Shown: positions 17,200-27,229, numbered from the stretch's first letter. The stretch is DNA of 64,000 nt from an uncultured Planctomycetales bacterium (GCA_964478715.1 CAYZIY010000006.1:23186-87185); one strand, 5' to 3'. Made by a program: numbers and translations. Notes: generated by a model from the sequence alone, not told the origin.

Positions 17200-18631
17200 G
17201 AGATGTCCTCCTTTGTATCATTTCGTTAATTATTTTGGGGTTGGCTTTTCCCTTTGATTTTTTCATGCACTGTCCGACTAAAAAACCTATGGCTGATTGT
17301 TTTCCACCTTTGATTTCCTCAACGATCTTCTTGTTTTCCTGAAAAACCTCTTGTATGATTTCCTCAAGACTCTCTTCATCCGAGACTTGCAAGAGATTTT
17401 TTTCCTTAATAATGACATCAATTGATTTTTGAGTGTCAATCACTTCTTTCAAAATATCTTTCGCCGCCAAGTTGCTGAGACTCCCAGATTCCACTTTTTC
17501 AATCAATTCGGTGATATTTTTGGGATCCAGGGGCATTTCAGCCATACTCATTTTTCTCTCATTCAATTCCTTGAGAATGGGTCCGTTGATCCAATGGCAG
17601 ATTTTTTTTGTGTTTTTTGAATGGGTTGTGCATTTCTCAAAAAAGTCCGCCAGACTCCGGTCTTGAATAAGAATTTGATTATCCGCATCTTCAAGTTGAT
17701 ATTGTTTGCGGAAACGATCAAATTTGTCAAAGGGTCCTTCTCCAAGAGATTGACGCAACTTTTCAATGACAGAGTCATCGGCTATAAACGGGACCAGGTC
17801 CGGCTCTGAAAAATAACGGTAATCATGGGCTTCTTCTTTGGTGCGCATCGATGCTGTGATCTGCCGAGCTTCTCTCCAGAGACGGGTTTCCTGAATAATC
17901 TTTTCGCCTGCCCGCAAAAGTCCTTGTTGCCGCGTAGTTTCATATTCCAAGGCACTTCTTACTGCTCTGAAACTATTAAGATTCTTAATCTCTGTTTTTG
18001 TTCCGAGCTTGTCTTCACCTTTGGGTCTTAAAGAAATATTGGCATCACAGCGCAGGGAACCATTTTCCATATCGCAATCAGAAATATCCAGATAAGAAAG
18101 AGTTAATTTTAAGGCGTTTAAGTAATCATAGGCTTCTTGGGGAGAGCGGATATCGGGCTGGCTGACAATCTCTAGAAGCGGGGTTCCGGTTCGGTTATAA
18201 TCAACCAAGCTGCAATTATGATCTTGATCGTGGATCAATTTACCGGCATCTTCTTCCAGATGCGCACGTAAAATGCCTATTTTTCTGGCCCTTTCATCAT
18301 GTCCGATCGTGACATATCCGTTATGGGCGACCGGCATGTCGTATTGAGATATTTGATAAGCCTTGGGTAAATCCGGATAATAATAATTCTTTCTGTCAAA
18401 TTTAATCACGGGATTAATAGAGCAGTTTAAGGCCAAGGCAGCCTTGAGGGCAAACACAAGAACTTCTTTATTAAAGACCGGCAGGCTTCCCGGCAAACCC
18501 AGGCATACGGGGCAAGTTTGAGCATTGGGGCTTGAGCCGAATTGATTGACGCACCCGCAGAAGATTTTCGTTCTTGTTTTAAACTGCAGATGAACTTCTA
18601 GGCCGATAACGATTTCGTATACTTGACTCAT
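17192..18631 (-). CDS. gatB: Asp/Glu-tRNA amidotransferase subunit B
   Basis: Motifs IGLEVH, FDRKNYYYPDLPK, HLEEDAGK, LRCDANIS. Confidence 0.98.
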   Translation of the reverse strand: MSQVYEIVIGLEVHLQFKTRTKIFCGCVNQFGSSPNAQTCPVCLGLPGSLPVFNKEVLVFALKAALALNCSINPVIKFDRKNYYYPDLPKAYQISQYDMPVAHNGYVTIGHDERARKIGILRAHLEEDAGKLIHDQDHNCSLVDYNRTGTPLLEIVSQPDIRSPQEAYDYLNALKLTLSYLDISDCDMENGSLRCDANISLRPKGEDKLGTKTEIKNLNSFRAVRSALEYETTRQQGLLRAGEKIIQETRLWREARQITASMRTKEEAHDYRYFSEPDLVPFIADDSVIEKLRQSLGEGPFDKFDRFRKQYQLEDADNQILIQDRSLADFFEKCTTHSKNTKKICHWINGPILKELNERKMSMAEMPLDPKNITELIEKVESGSLSNLAAKDILKEVIDTQKSIDVIIKEKNLLQVSDEESLEEIIQEVFQENKKIVEEIKGGKQSAIGFLVGQCMKKSKGKANPKIINEMIQRRTSHE

Positions 18632-20055
18632 AAAGATGGTTTCTGTTTGCGCCAGTTTGTTTTCTGTTCATAAGCATAAGCAACGTTAAACATTGTTGGC
18701 TCATCAAATGGTTTCGCCATAATTTGTAATCCGATCGGCATATTTTTATGATCAAATCCGCAAGGCAAAGAAAGCGCGGGGATACCGGCCAGATTGGCTG
18801 AGATCGTGTAAATATCCGAAAGATACATCGCTAGAGGATCTGACGACCTTTCTCCAATTTCGAAAGCGGTTGTCGGTGAGGTGGGGGTTACAATCACGTC
18901 TAATTCCTTAAAAGCTTGATCAAAATCGCTTTTGATTAGCGTGCGGACTTTTTGAGCTTTCAAATAGTAGGCATCATAATAACCGGAGGACAAGGCATAA
19001 GTTCCAAGCATAATTCTTCGCTTAGCCTCGCTTCCGAACCCTTGTCCTCTTGTTTCTTCATAGAGATCGATGATCGGAGTGCGTCTTTGCCGTTGGGGGT
19101 AGCATCTAAGACCATATTGGACACCATCAAATCGGGCCAAATTCGAACTGGCTTCGGCTGTGGCTAAAATATAATATGTGGCCACTGCATATTCGGTATG
19201 CGGCAATGAGATATCGATCAGCTGGGCCCCTTGCGTCTTAAGAACATCCATTGCTTGGTTCACGGCTTGCCTGACATCATTGCTGAGTCCTTCGACAAAA
19301 TATTCTTTAGGAAAACCGATTTTAAGTCCCTTGATGTTGGGGTTCAACATTTCACTGTATTGAGGGACGGGAAAATCAACGGAAGTCGAATCTTTAGGGT
19401 CGTATCCGGCAATGATTTCTAAAAGCAATGCTGCATCTTTTATATTCTTTGTGATCGGACCGATTTGATCCAGGCTGGATGCGAAGGCAATGAGGCCGTA
19501 TCTCGAAACTCGTCCGTAAGTTGGCTTGACGCCGATGACTCCGCAAAAAGAAGCTGGCTGACGAATAGAGCCTCCGGTATCTGATCCAAGAGCCCAAATA
19601 GCCTCGTCTGCGGCGACGGCAGCAGCGGATCCGCCGGACGAGCCTCCGGGAACGCAATTGATATTCCAAGGGTTTCGCGAAGGACCCTCACAGGAATTTT
19701 CAGTGGATGAGCCAAAGGCAAATTCATCCATATTGGCATATCCCATCGGGAGACAGGATCTTTCTTTCAGTTTTTCAATAACAGTTGCATCATAAGGAGA
19801 GCGGAAATCATTGAGAATCTTTGAAGCGCAGTTAGGAATTCGGTTTTTAATACAAATATTGGCTTTGACTGCAATCGGTAATCCCGGCTCGTTTCTGTTT
19901 TCGATGGGGTCTTCGAAAACTTCCAGAAAGGCCTTGATTTTCTTCTCTCTGACATCGATTGCTTCTTTGATAGAAGTATAAATCTCTGAAGAAGTCGTGC
20001 TTTTGTTCTGAAGCTGATTCAAGAGTTCGCAAGCGGTTTGTTGATGAAGTTTCAT
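18628..20055 (-). CDS. gatA: Asp/Glu-tRNA amidotransferase subunit A
   Basis: Amidase signature GGSSGGSAAAVA, GSDTGGSIRQPA; SSNLARFDG. Confidence 0.98.
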   Translation of the reverse strand: MKLHQQTACELLNQLQNKSTTSSEIYTSIKEAIDVREKKIKAFLEVFEDPIENRNEPGLPIAVKANICIKNRIPNCASKILNDFRSPYDATVIEKLKERSCLPMGYANMDEFAFGSSTENSCEGPSRNPWNINCVPGGSSGGSAAAVAADEAIWALGSDTGGSIRQPASFCGVIGVKPTYGRVSRYGLIAFASSLDQIGPITKNIKDAALLLEIIAGYDPKDSTSVDFPVPQYSEMLNPNIKGLKIGFPKEYFVEGLSNDVRQAVNQAMDVLKTQGAQLIDISLPHTEYAVATYYILATAEASSNLARFDGVQYGLRCYPQRQRRTPIIDLYEETRGQGFGSEAKRRIMLGTYALSSGYYDAYYLKAQKVRTLIKSDFDQAFKELDVIVTPTSPTTAFEIGERSSDPLAMYLSDIYTISANLAGIPALSLPCGFDHKNMPIGLQIMAKPFDEPTMFNVAYAYEQKTNWRKQKPSL

Positions 20056-20348
20056 TCAACCACCCTGGGAACTTTAAAGAAGTCTTGATGCATGTCTTTT
20101 GCCATTTTTTTGATCTCAGTGATATCGAGAGACGGTTTGAGAGTGTCCGGGCGATAAACGTTTTTTAGTGGCAAGACATGGCTGGTTGGCTCAACTCCGG
20201 ACACATCAAGCTTATTGAGCTTCTCGACATACGTCAAGATATCCTCAAGCGTCTTTTTCAGCTGAATGATTTCTTCATCTTTAAGATGAATTCTGGAAAG
20301 ATGTGAAATATATTCAACGTCTTTTTTAGTTATCTTTTCTTGATTCAT
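20052..20348 (-). CDS. gatC: Asp/Glu-tRNA amidotransferase subunit C
   Basis: ITKKDVEYISHLSRI, LDVSGVEPT, FFKVPRVVE; start placed at the ATG at 20348. Confidence 0.93.
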   Translation of the reverse strand: MNQEKITKKDVEYISHLSRIHLKDEEIIQLKKTLEDILTYVEKLNKLDVSGVEPTSHVLPLKNVYRPDTLKPSLDITEIKKMAKDMHQDFFKVPRVVE

Positions 20349-20392
20349 AAGACTAATATAATAACATCGTAAATGGCTTAGCACAAGCGCAT

Positions 20393-20773
20393 CTAAAGCA
20401 ATCGTGACTTGAGATTCTCAGAAAGCGCTGTGGGCTTGAAATCTTTTGTTAAACAAACGAGAGTTACTTCAGCTTCTACGACGAGGCGTTCGGTTTCTTT
20501 CTCTCTAATGGATTGATCGAATATCATACGAGCGGCGGTCACTTTTTTAAGACGGGCATCACATTGGAGAATTTCTCCATAGCAGGCCGGAGATTTATAA
20601 GAAATGTGACATTGGCTGACGGCATAAAGAAAACCCTGCTTGTGGAAATCTTTTACGCTCAATCCGCGCTTTTCCAGAAATTCTGTCCGTGCCTCTTCCA
20701 GATAATTCAGATAGCGCCCATAATAGACCACGCCTCCGGCGTCTGTATCGTGGTAATAAATGCGTTTATCCAT
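20393..20773 (-). CDS. YbgC/FadM family acyl-CoA thioesterase
   Basis: Hot-dog fold motif YYHDTDAGGVVYYGRYLNYLEEARTE. Confidence 0.92.
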   Translation of the reverse strand: MDKRIYYHDTDAGGVVYYGRYLNYLEEARTEFLEKRGLSVKDFHKQGFLYAVSQCHISYKSPACYGEILQCDARLKKVTAARMIFDQSIREKETERLVVEAEVTLVCLTKDFKPTALSENLKSRLL

Positions 20774-20782
20774 GGTTCTCCT

Positions 20783-21202
20783 TTAAGGTTGATTTTGAAT
20801 AAGCCAATAGCTGGTTGTTGACCGAAAATTGATTTTGTGCGGCCCGAATAAATTGATATTCTTCGTTGTGAGCATAAGCTGGCGGGCTGTATCCAGCAGT
20901 GTTAAGCTTAAATGATCCCATTGGCGGGTTATTCTCCAGGCCTCAACGATATTATCAGCGATTTCTTTTTCGCTATTGACGCATCGATTCTTCAGCGTTT
21001 GCAAAATCCATTCGAATTCGGCAATCGTTGAGCGGGGAGGTTCCAGAAACTCATCGAGCATGGCTTCTTCCGGATACAAATAGCGCGAGTGCATTAATGA
21101 TAAGCGATAGGCATATGTTTTCGCATTATCTTGTGCCACCGAAACTATTGGCGTCCAAAGGCAACACAACATAAAGAATATCAAAAGCTTATAAAACTTC
21201 AT
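20783..21202 (-). CDS. hypothetical exported protein
   Basis: Sec-type signal peptide ending SVA|Q; no family recognised. Confidence 0.6.
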   Translation of the reverse strand: MKFYKLLIFFMLCCLWTPIVSVAQDNAKTYAYRLSLMHSRYLYPEEAMLDEFLEPPRSTIAEFEWILQTLKNRCVNSEKEIADNIVEAWRITRQWDHLSLTLLDTARQLMLTTKNINLFGPHKINFRSTTSYWLIQNQP

Positions 21203-21238
21203 ATCGGAAATAAATGTATTAAAATTGAAGAATGATTC

Positions 21239-21268
21239 ATTTTACTCATTGGCAGTGCGCTGTGTCAA
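21239..21268 (-). promoter_or_regulatory. putative sigma70 promoter
   Basis: TTGACA-N18-TAAAAT in the intergenic gap. Confidence 0.6.
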
Positions 21269-21280
21269 GTCTCAAATGAG

Positions 21281-21808
21281 TCATCGTTGTGGATTGCGTC
21301 TGCGCTTGGCAATGAGGGAGAAAAGCAAGCCCAAAAATCCTCCGCCGGCGTTAAAAAGAATATCGCGTAGATCATAATATCTTTGCGGCAAAAGATGTTG
21401 GATTCCTTCATCCAGCCATCCGCAGCCAGCTGTCAAAATAAAAGCAAGGAGATAATGTTTCGCGCGGGGCTGTTCATCATTGAGAGCCCGCAAAATCAAG
21501 AAAGACAGCACTCCATATTGAAGAAAATGAATTTTTTCTTCGGGAATTTTGATGAAGCAGACAATCAAGCCACCAGCTATCAGGATGAGAGTAAGTAAAA
21601 GATAGTTCAAGAGATCGTGGTTTATTCTCTCAATCAGGACAAAGATCAATATGGCCGTTACGGTTAAGAAAATTCCGGCATTGATGGCCGCCGAAAAGGG
21701 AATCGCTTCGCGCAGAAAACCGCTGATCGATCGCGCCAATGGAAGCGTCGCGTAAATAAACAATAACCAAAGGCCGGCAATCATCCATTGTTTCTGTTTT
21801 TTATTCAT
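21281..21808 (-). CDS. VanZ-like membrane protein
   Basis: EKIHFLQYGVLS, DEGIQHLLPQRYYDLRDILFN. Confidence 0.85.
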   Translation of the reverse strand: MNKKQKQWMIAGLWLLFIYATLPLARSISGFLREAIPFSAAINAGIFLTVTAILIFVLIERINHDLLNYLLLTLILIAGGLIVCFIKIPEEKIHFLQYGVLSFLILRALNDEQPRAKHYLLAFILTAGCGWLDEGIQHLLPQRYYDLRDILFNAGGGFLGLLFSLIAKRRRNPQR

Positions 21809-22643
21809 GGCCCCCTTTACTTATCCAGATGGATTTTCCGTCCGTTTTAAAAACGATATCTCCATCTTGATCGGTGCGAAAAAAGCGATTTTTAATCTTA
21901 GCGAGATCTTCTTCGCCGGGAATGCCCCACTTGTTTTTACCGGTGCTCATCACCAGCACAGCTTCTTTAAAAGCATTCGCGAATTCCCCGCTAATCGGTC
22001 CGCCATGATGCGGAATTTGGACAACTTTTGCTTTCTTGATCTGAGGATATTCCCTTAAGAGTTCTTGCTGTTGTTCGGGCTGAATATCCGCCGTGAAAAG
22101 GACAGAAACATCTTTGTATTCTAATAAAAGGACCATGGAGCTGGCATTGACGCCCTGGTTGAAGTGTTGAGGATGTAAAACGGTCAAATCGAGATCTCCC
22201 GGAAGTTGGCTGACCGATGTCCCTTTCAATCCAATTTTTACAGGAACATTCTGAGAGCGGATCAGACCCAAAAGCTCTGCATAGCCCTCCTCTGCTCGGG
22301 TGTCACCATTAATCAAAAAATGTTTGACCCTTTTGCTTTCTGCCAGCGGTAAAAATCCTTCGAAATGATTTTTATGCGGATGCGTAATGATTCCCATATC
22401 AATCGGGATAACCTCTTCATTTCTCAAATACGAAAGGAGATGGGGAGCCGATTCTTTTGACCCGGCATCAATCAGGATATTCGCGTGCTCGGGGTATTTG
22501 ATTAAAATGGCATCAGCGTAATCAACAGAAATGAAATGAATAGAAAGATACTCATTCTTATTCGATTGATTTATCGCAAAAATGATCAGAATGATCAAGA
22601 TGCAAATAAGATTAATAACAGGAAACCTATTTTTTATGGACAT
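21801..22643 (-). CDS. ComEC/Rec2-type metallo-beta-lactamase fold protein
   Basis: ILIDAG, THPHKNH, N..SMV, LFTADI, PHHG, RTDQDGDI. Confidence 0.85.
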   Translation of the reverse strand: MSIKNRFPVINLICILIILIIFAINQSNKNEYLSIHFISVDYADAILIKYPEHANILIDAGSKESAPHLLSYLRNEEVIPIDMGIITHPHKNHFEGFLPLAESKRVKHFLINGDTRAEEGYAELLGLIRSQNVPVKIGLKGTSVSQLPGDLDLTVLHPQHFNQGVNASSMVLLLEYKDVSVLFTADIQPEQQQELLREYPQIKKAKVVQIPHHGGPISGEFANAFKEAVLVMSTGKNKWGIPGEEDLAKIKNRFFRTDQDGDIVFKTDGKSIWISKGGHE

Positions 22644-23421
22644 AGGGCAATAACATATTGCTTAAATGGATATATTGCTCCAAAGAGATTGTTTGCGGTC
22701 TCTGCCGGGGATCGATGAATATCTTACCCAAGCAATGTTCAAGGACATCTTTTCTGTGATCGTTTTTAAGGGAATTAATAATGGTTTTTCGTCTTTGCTG
22801 AAAAGATTTGCGAACTAAAGATAAGAAAAATTCTTGATTTCTGACGGCCGGAAAAATATTTTTTCTGGGATCAAAACGGCAAAAGCATGACTCTACTTTC
22901 GGCTTGGGTTGAAAAGAGCTGTTCTTGATTTTGAATAAGATCGTGCCCAAGGTGTGGAATTGACAAAAAATACTGAAAGCGCTATAGTTTTTATCTCCCG
23001 CCTTCGCGATCATGCGTTGGGCCAATTCGGTTTGAAGCATCAGGAAGATCTGATTGAAGCGTTCTTTATGCGTAAAAATTTTGGCGATAATCGCAGAGGC
23101 AATACAATACGGAAGATTGGCGATGATTTTAATTTTTTTTGGCAGTTTGTTGAGATCAAAGCGCATAAAATCTTCCTGAAATAAGGTGAAATTTTCCTGC
23201 GGAAATTTTTCTGTCAATAATTTACAGAGACAACGGTCTGTCTCAACCGCATAAAGATGACCTGCGTTCTTTAAAATGGATCCTGTCAGTGCTCCTCGAC
23301 CCGGTCCAATTTCCAAGACCTTTTCGTTTTGACTCAAATCACTTATGTCGATGATTTTCCGGATGATGTTTTGATTGATAAGAAAATTCTGACCCCACCT
23401 TGGTTTGGATTGAGAGCGCAA
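22627..23421 (-). CDS. rsmA: 16S rRNA adenine dimethyltransferase (KsgA)
   Basis: Motifs GQNFL, LEIGPGRGALT, IANLPY, FQQRRKT. Confidence 0.96.
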   Translation of the reverse strand: MRSQSKPRWGQNFLINQNIIRKIIDISDLSQNEKVLEIGPGRGALTGSILKNAGHLYAVETDRCLCKLLTEKFPQENFTLFQEDFMRFDLNKLPKKIKIIANLPYCIASAIIAKIFTHKERFNQIFLMLQTELAQRMIAKAGDKNYSAFSIFCQFHTLGTILFKIKNSSFQPKPKVESCFCRFDPRKNIFPAVRNQEFFLSLVRKSFQQRRKTIINSLKNDHRKDVLEHCLGKIFIDPRQRPQTISLEQYIHLSNMLLPYVHKK

Positions 23422-23431
23422 AAGAAGTTCC

Positions 23432-24394
23432 TTATGCTTTTGAGAAATTCATGAGCCGATGGGCAAGCACAATAGATTGTTCCATCGATGTTTCATCCGC
23501 TTGATTTTTTCCTGCAATGTCATAGGCCGTTCCATGGGCCGGAGACGTTCTGATGAACGGAAGACCGATCGTTAGATTGACCAATTCTTTAAAATAGAGC
23601 GCTTTAAGAGGGGCGAGCCCCTGATCATGGTACATAGCAATGATCCCATCATATCTTTTAATATGTTGCGGACAAAAGAGTGTATCGGCCGGCAGGGGGC
23701 CTTGCGCGGAAATTCCCTTTCGGAGAGCTTCTCTTATCGCCGGTAAGAGAATGGTTCTTTCTTCATTACCCATGTGGCCTTGCTCACCGGCATGAGGATT
23801 AATGCCGCATAAAGCAATTTTTGGCTTTTTGATTTTAAACAATTTTCTTAAGGCCTGATGAGTTAATGTCAGGGTTTTTAGTATGTTTTTCTTAGAAAGT
23901 TTTTCAGGAATTTGCTTTAAGGGAATGTGCCGGGTGGCCAGTACCAATTTGATGGATTTGGCGACAAACATCATTTCATAATTTTTAATCATAAATGATT
24001 CGGCCAAAAATTCGGTGTGACCCCGAAAATTGTATCCCAGGGAACAGATCATCTGTTTAGAGAGCGGTGCCGTGACCAGAGAATCTATTTTCTTGTTTTT
24101 CAACATTTCGCAGGCTTGTTCCAGATAAGCCATAGCCGCTTTGGCTGCGTGTCGATTTGGACGACCGATGGAAAAAGATTGAGAACTCAGCGGTGAAGGA
24201 TCAATGATTTCAATATTCGGCCTCCTTCTTAATCCGTAGCTTTTTAGCAGGTTTTCGTTTGCGATAACGATAAAATGCGCACCATGACTGAGCGATCTCT
24301 TGTTTAGCGTTTTGACGATAATCTCCGGGGCGATACTGCTCGGATCTCCACCGGTGATTCCGATTGTTTTCTTTTTAAGCATACGTATGGTCAT
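23432..24394 (-). CDS. pdxA: 4-hydroxythreonine-4-phosphate dehydrogenase
   Basis: Motifs GHTEFLA, NPHAGE, PADT, AMYHDQGL, RTSPAHGTAYDIAG. Confidence 0.96.
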   Translation of the reverse strand: MTIRMLKKKTIGITGGDPSSIAPEIIVKTLNKRSLSHGAHFIVIANENLLKSYGLRRRPNIEIIDPSPLSSQSFSIGRPNRHAAKAAMAYLEQACEMLKNKKIDSLVTAPLSKQMICSLGYNFRGHTEFLAESFMIKNYEMMFVAKSIKLVLATRHIPLKQIPEKLSKKNILKTLTLTHQALRKLFKIKKPKIALCGINPHAGEQGHMGNEERTILLPAIREALRKGISAQGPLPADTLFCPQHIKRYDGIIAMYHDQGLAPLKALYFKELVNLTIGLPFIRTSPAHGTAYDIAGKNQADETSMEQSIVLAHRLMNFSKA

Positions 24395-24413
24395 GCAGAG
24401 TCCTTAAAATTTT

Positions 24414-25349
24414 CTATTCTTTGATTTCAATGTAAGCTTCTTTCTTAAGTTCTTCCAGCCATTGAGTCAAGCGCTTCAGGTACTTTTCTTCATAGATTCG
24501 GGATTGAATCTCATCCTGAACCTCTTCCAGAGTAGCTTGCTGGGCGGGCACCTTCTTAATTATCTTGAAAATGAAGACTCCTGTTTCTGTTTCTATGGGT
24601 TCGGACACTTGCTGAGGTTTTAGGTTAAAAATTATCTTTTCGACTTCCGGCAAGAGCGTGCCTTTTTGGACTGTTTTAATGGAAGGAGAATCCGAATATT
24701 CTTCGATTAATTCAAGAAAATCCGTACCTTGGTCAATTTGAGCCTTAATATTATTGGCCAGCTCAAGGATTTTTGTGCGATCATCATCTTTAAATTGGAG
24801 ATAAATCGAATCAACTTTGGCCTTTGGCGCAATGGCAAACTCATCCTGATGTTCTTGATAGTAAGCGGTGATCTCCTGAGGTTTGATGAATATCATTTTT
24901 CGGACAAAATTATCCAACATATATTTGATCTTGATATCGTCTTTGATTTTATTTTCCAGATCTGTCACCGTTAGGTCTTTCTCGACGACATTCTCCAGAA
25001 AATGCTGCTCACTGGGATATTGCTCTTTGATCTTTTCGATCTTCTGCTCTACATTGCGATCGGGTATCACGAGTTCAAGCCTATCGGCTTCATCCAGGAT
25101 CAACTTCTCTTCGATGAGTCTCTTGAGGCCGTCATTTTGATAATAGGCAATTTGTTGCTGAATCTCTCGCTCGGGGAGACCTTCGGCTTTCAGTCTTAAA
25201 TAAATCGAATTCATGAATGTCCGAAGGTCCTTCATCGTGATCACGTGATTGTTGACGAGGGCAATAATAGCATCTTCCAGCCCCCGGGCTGGATGAGCGC
25301 CTGTCAGAAGGCAGCAGAGGAGAAAAAATAATGCGAAAATATTTTTCAT
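24414..25349 (-). CDS. surA: SurA-like periplasmic chaperone / parvulin PPIase
   Basis: Signal peptide, IIALVNNHVIT, rotamase-like VSEPIETETGVFI; surA-pdxA-rsmA synteny. Confidence 0.8.
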   Translation of the reverse strand: MKNIFALFFLLCCLLTGAHPARGLEDAIIALVNNHVITMKDLRTFMNSIYLRLKAEGLPEREIQQQIAYYQNDGLKRLIEEKLILDEADRLELVIPDRNVEQKIEKIKEQYPSEQHFLENVVEKDLTVTDLENKIKDDIKIKYMLDNFVRKMIFIKPQEITAYYQEHQDEFAIAPKAKVDSIYLQFKDDDRTKILELANNIKAQIDQGTDFLELIEEYSDSPSIKTVQKGTLLPEVEKIIFNLKPQQVSEPIETETGVFIFKIIKKVPAQQATLEEVQDEIQSRIYEEKYLKRLTQWLEELKKEAYIEIKE

Positions 25350-25354
25350 AGTTT

Positions 25355-27229
25355 TTACACCTTTTTTATTATATGAGTGATTGATTCTTTTAAAAGCCGG
25401 CAATAAAGATCAAAACCGACGGAAGCTATGTATCCGTGCTGTTGCTCACCCAGTAGATTTCCGGCCCCGCGAATCTGCAAATCTTCAAATGCGATATCAA
25501 ATCCGCTTCCTAAACCGCTATGCTTTTGAAGCGCGTCAAGACGCGTTTTAGAGACCCGTGAAAGATGGGCCCGCGGGGGGGTGATGAAATAGGCATAAGC
25601 CTTATTCAAATAGCGCCCCACTCTTCCGCGCAATTGATGCAGCTCGGCCAGCCCGAATCGATCCGCCCGATTGACAATCAGCGTGTTGGCATTGGGAATA
25701 TCAATGCCTGATTCGATAATCGTTGTGCAAACGAGAATATCAATCTTGCCTCTGAGAAAATCAAGCATGATTTCCTCAAGAAGACGGTTGGGCATCTGCC
25801 CATGGGCAACAGCGACTCTTGTCCCGGGGCAAAGTCTTATTATTATCTTAGCGATTCTCTCGATATCGTCAACTCGATTATGCAAAAAAAAGACCTGCCC
25901 TTTTCTCCTGAACTCTCTTTGCATGGATTCCTTAAGCAGGTCTTCATCAAATTCAACAATATGGGTTGATACAGGAATGCGGTCCTGCGGGGGGGTGGAG
26001 ATCACAGACATATCTTTTGCTCCAGAGAGGGACATGTAGAGAGTGCGCGGAATGGGTGTGGCGGTTAAGGTTAGGACATCAACCAGTAATTTCAAATGCT
26101 TAATGCGTTCTTTGGCGCGCACGCCGAATCGCTGTTCTTCATCAATGACTAAAAGCCCCAGATTTTTGAATTTAATATCACCCGACAACAGGCGGTGAGT
26201 GCCGATGATCATATCGACTTGACCTTGGGAGAGGTCCTCCAGGATTTCTTTCTGCTCCTGTCGGGTGCGAAAACGGCTGAGCATTTCAACGCGGACTGGA
26301 AAATCCTGACAACGCCTTCTAAAATTATAAAAATGTTGTTCAGCCAAGATTGTGGTGGGAACGAGAATTGATACCTGCCGGTTGTCCATCACCGCTTTAA
26401 AAGCGGCTCTCATAGCGACTTCCGTTTTGCCGTATCCGACATCACCGCAAATAAGCCGATCCATAGGAAAAGGCGCCTCCATGTCTTTTTTGACATCTTC
26501 TGTGGATTTGATTTGGTCAGGCGTTTCCTTATAGGGAAATTTCTTTTCAAATTGCGTTTGCCAGGGCGTGTCTTTAGAGAATGCATAACCGGAAAGACTG
26601 GATCGAATCGCCTGCAGGCGCAAAAGTTCGGCCGCAAAACGCTGTATTCTTTTTTGGATTCGGGCTTTGATCCGCTTCCATTCCCCGCTTCCCAGTTTAT
26701 ACAATCTCGGAGGGTGTTTGGAAAAACCGACATATTTTTGAACCAAATGGATATCGTGACGGGGAACGAAAAGCCGGTCTCCTCCCTTGTATTCAATGAT
26801 CAGATGTTCTTTCTTCTTTTCCTGGAGAGAGAATTCCTTAAAACCGATGAATTTCCCGATACCATGATTATTGTGAACGACATAATCTCCCTTTTTGATA
26901 TCGACAAATCCGCTTAAGGGCGTTTCGCTGTTAAAAATGCGTTTTTTGGATTTTTTATTAGCGAGGATGATGACGATCTCATGAGACCAGATGGAATCGC
27001 CTGTTTTAGGGTTGATACTGCGGATGAAGCGGATGATATCATCATCCAGATCTATCCGGATGGGACAGTCAAAATTGGTGGGAAAGATATCAATAATCCC
27101 GCCGCGTTGGGAGAACTCCCCTTCTTTGAAAACTTTCCGTTCTTGCTCATATCCCAAGCTGATGAGTTCGGATTTTATCTGATTTAAATCGATCTGTTGG
27201 TCGACCAGAAGCTTGAGAGACTGAAACAT
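25355..27229 (-). CDS. mfd: transcription-repair coupling factor, compact form
   Basis: UvrB-homology GEFSQRGGIIDIFP, RID GDYVVH..HGIG, GDVGYGKTEVA, DEEQRFG, QLRGRVGR, TRG DLQIRGAGNLLG. Confidence 0.92.
   Translation of the reverse strand: MFQSLKLLVDQQIDLNQIKSELISLGYEQERKVFKEGEFSQRGGIIDIFPTNFDCPIRIDLDDDIIRFIRSINPKTGDSIWSHEIVIILANKKSKKRIFNSETPLSGFVDIKKGDYVVHNNHGIGKFIGFKEFSLQEKKKEHLIIEYKGGDRLFVPRHDIHLVQKYVGFSKHPPRLYKLGSGEWKRIKARIQKRIQRFAAELLRLQAIRSSLSGYAFSKDTPWQTQFEKKFPYKETPDQIKSTEDVKKDMEAPFPMDRLICGDVGYGKTEVAMRAAFKAVMDNRQVSILVPTTILAEQHFYNFRRRCQDFPVRVEMLSRFRTRQEQKEILEDLSQGQVDMIIGTHRLLSGDIKFKNLGLLVIDEEQRFGVRAKERIKHLKLLVDVLTLTATPIPRTLYMSLSGAKDMSVISTPPQDRIPVSTHIVEFDEDLLKESMQREFRRKGQVFFLHNRVDDIERIAKIIIRLCPGTRVAVAHGQMPNRLLEEIMLDFLRGKIDILVCTTIIESGIDIPNANTLIVNRADRFGLAELHQLRGRVGRYLNKAYAYFITPPRAHLSRVSKTRLDALQKHSGLGSGFDIAFEDLQIRGAGNLLGEQQHGYIASVGFDLYCRLLKESITHIIKKV

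Noticed and set aside
25355-27229. mfd as a pseudogene or as recG
   Set aside because: The ORF is intact with all helicase motifs and tight packing, and it carries the Mfd-specific UvrB-homology and RID domains.
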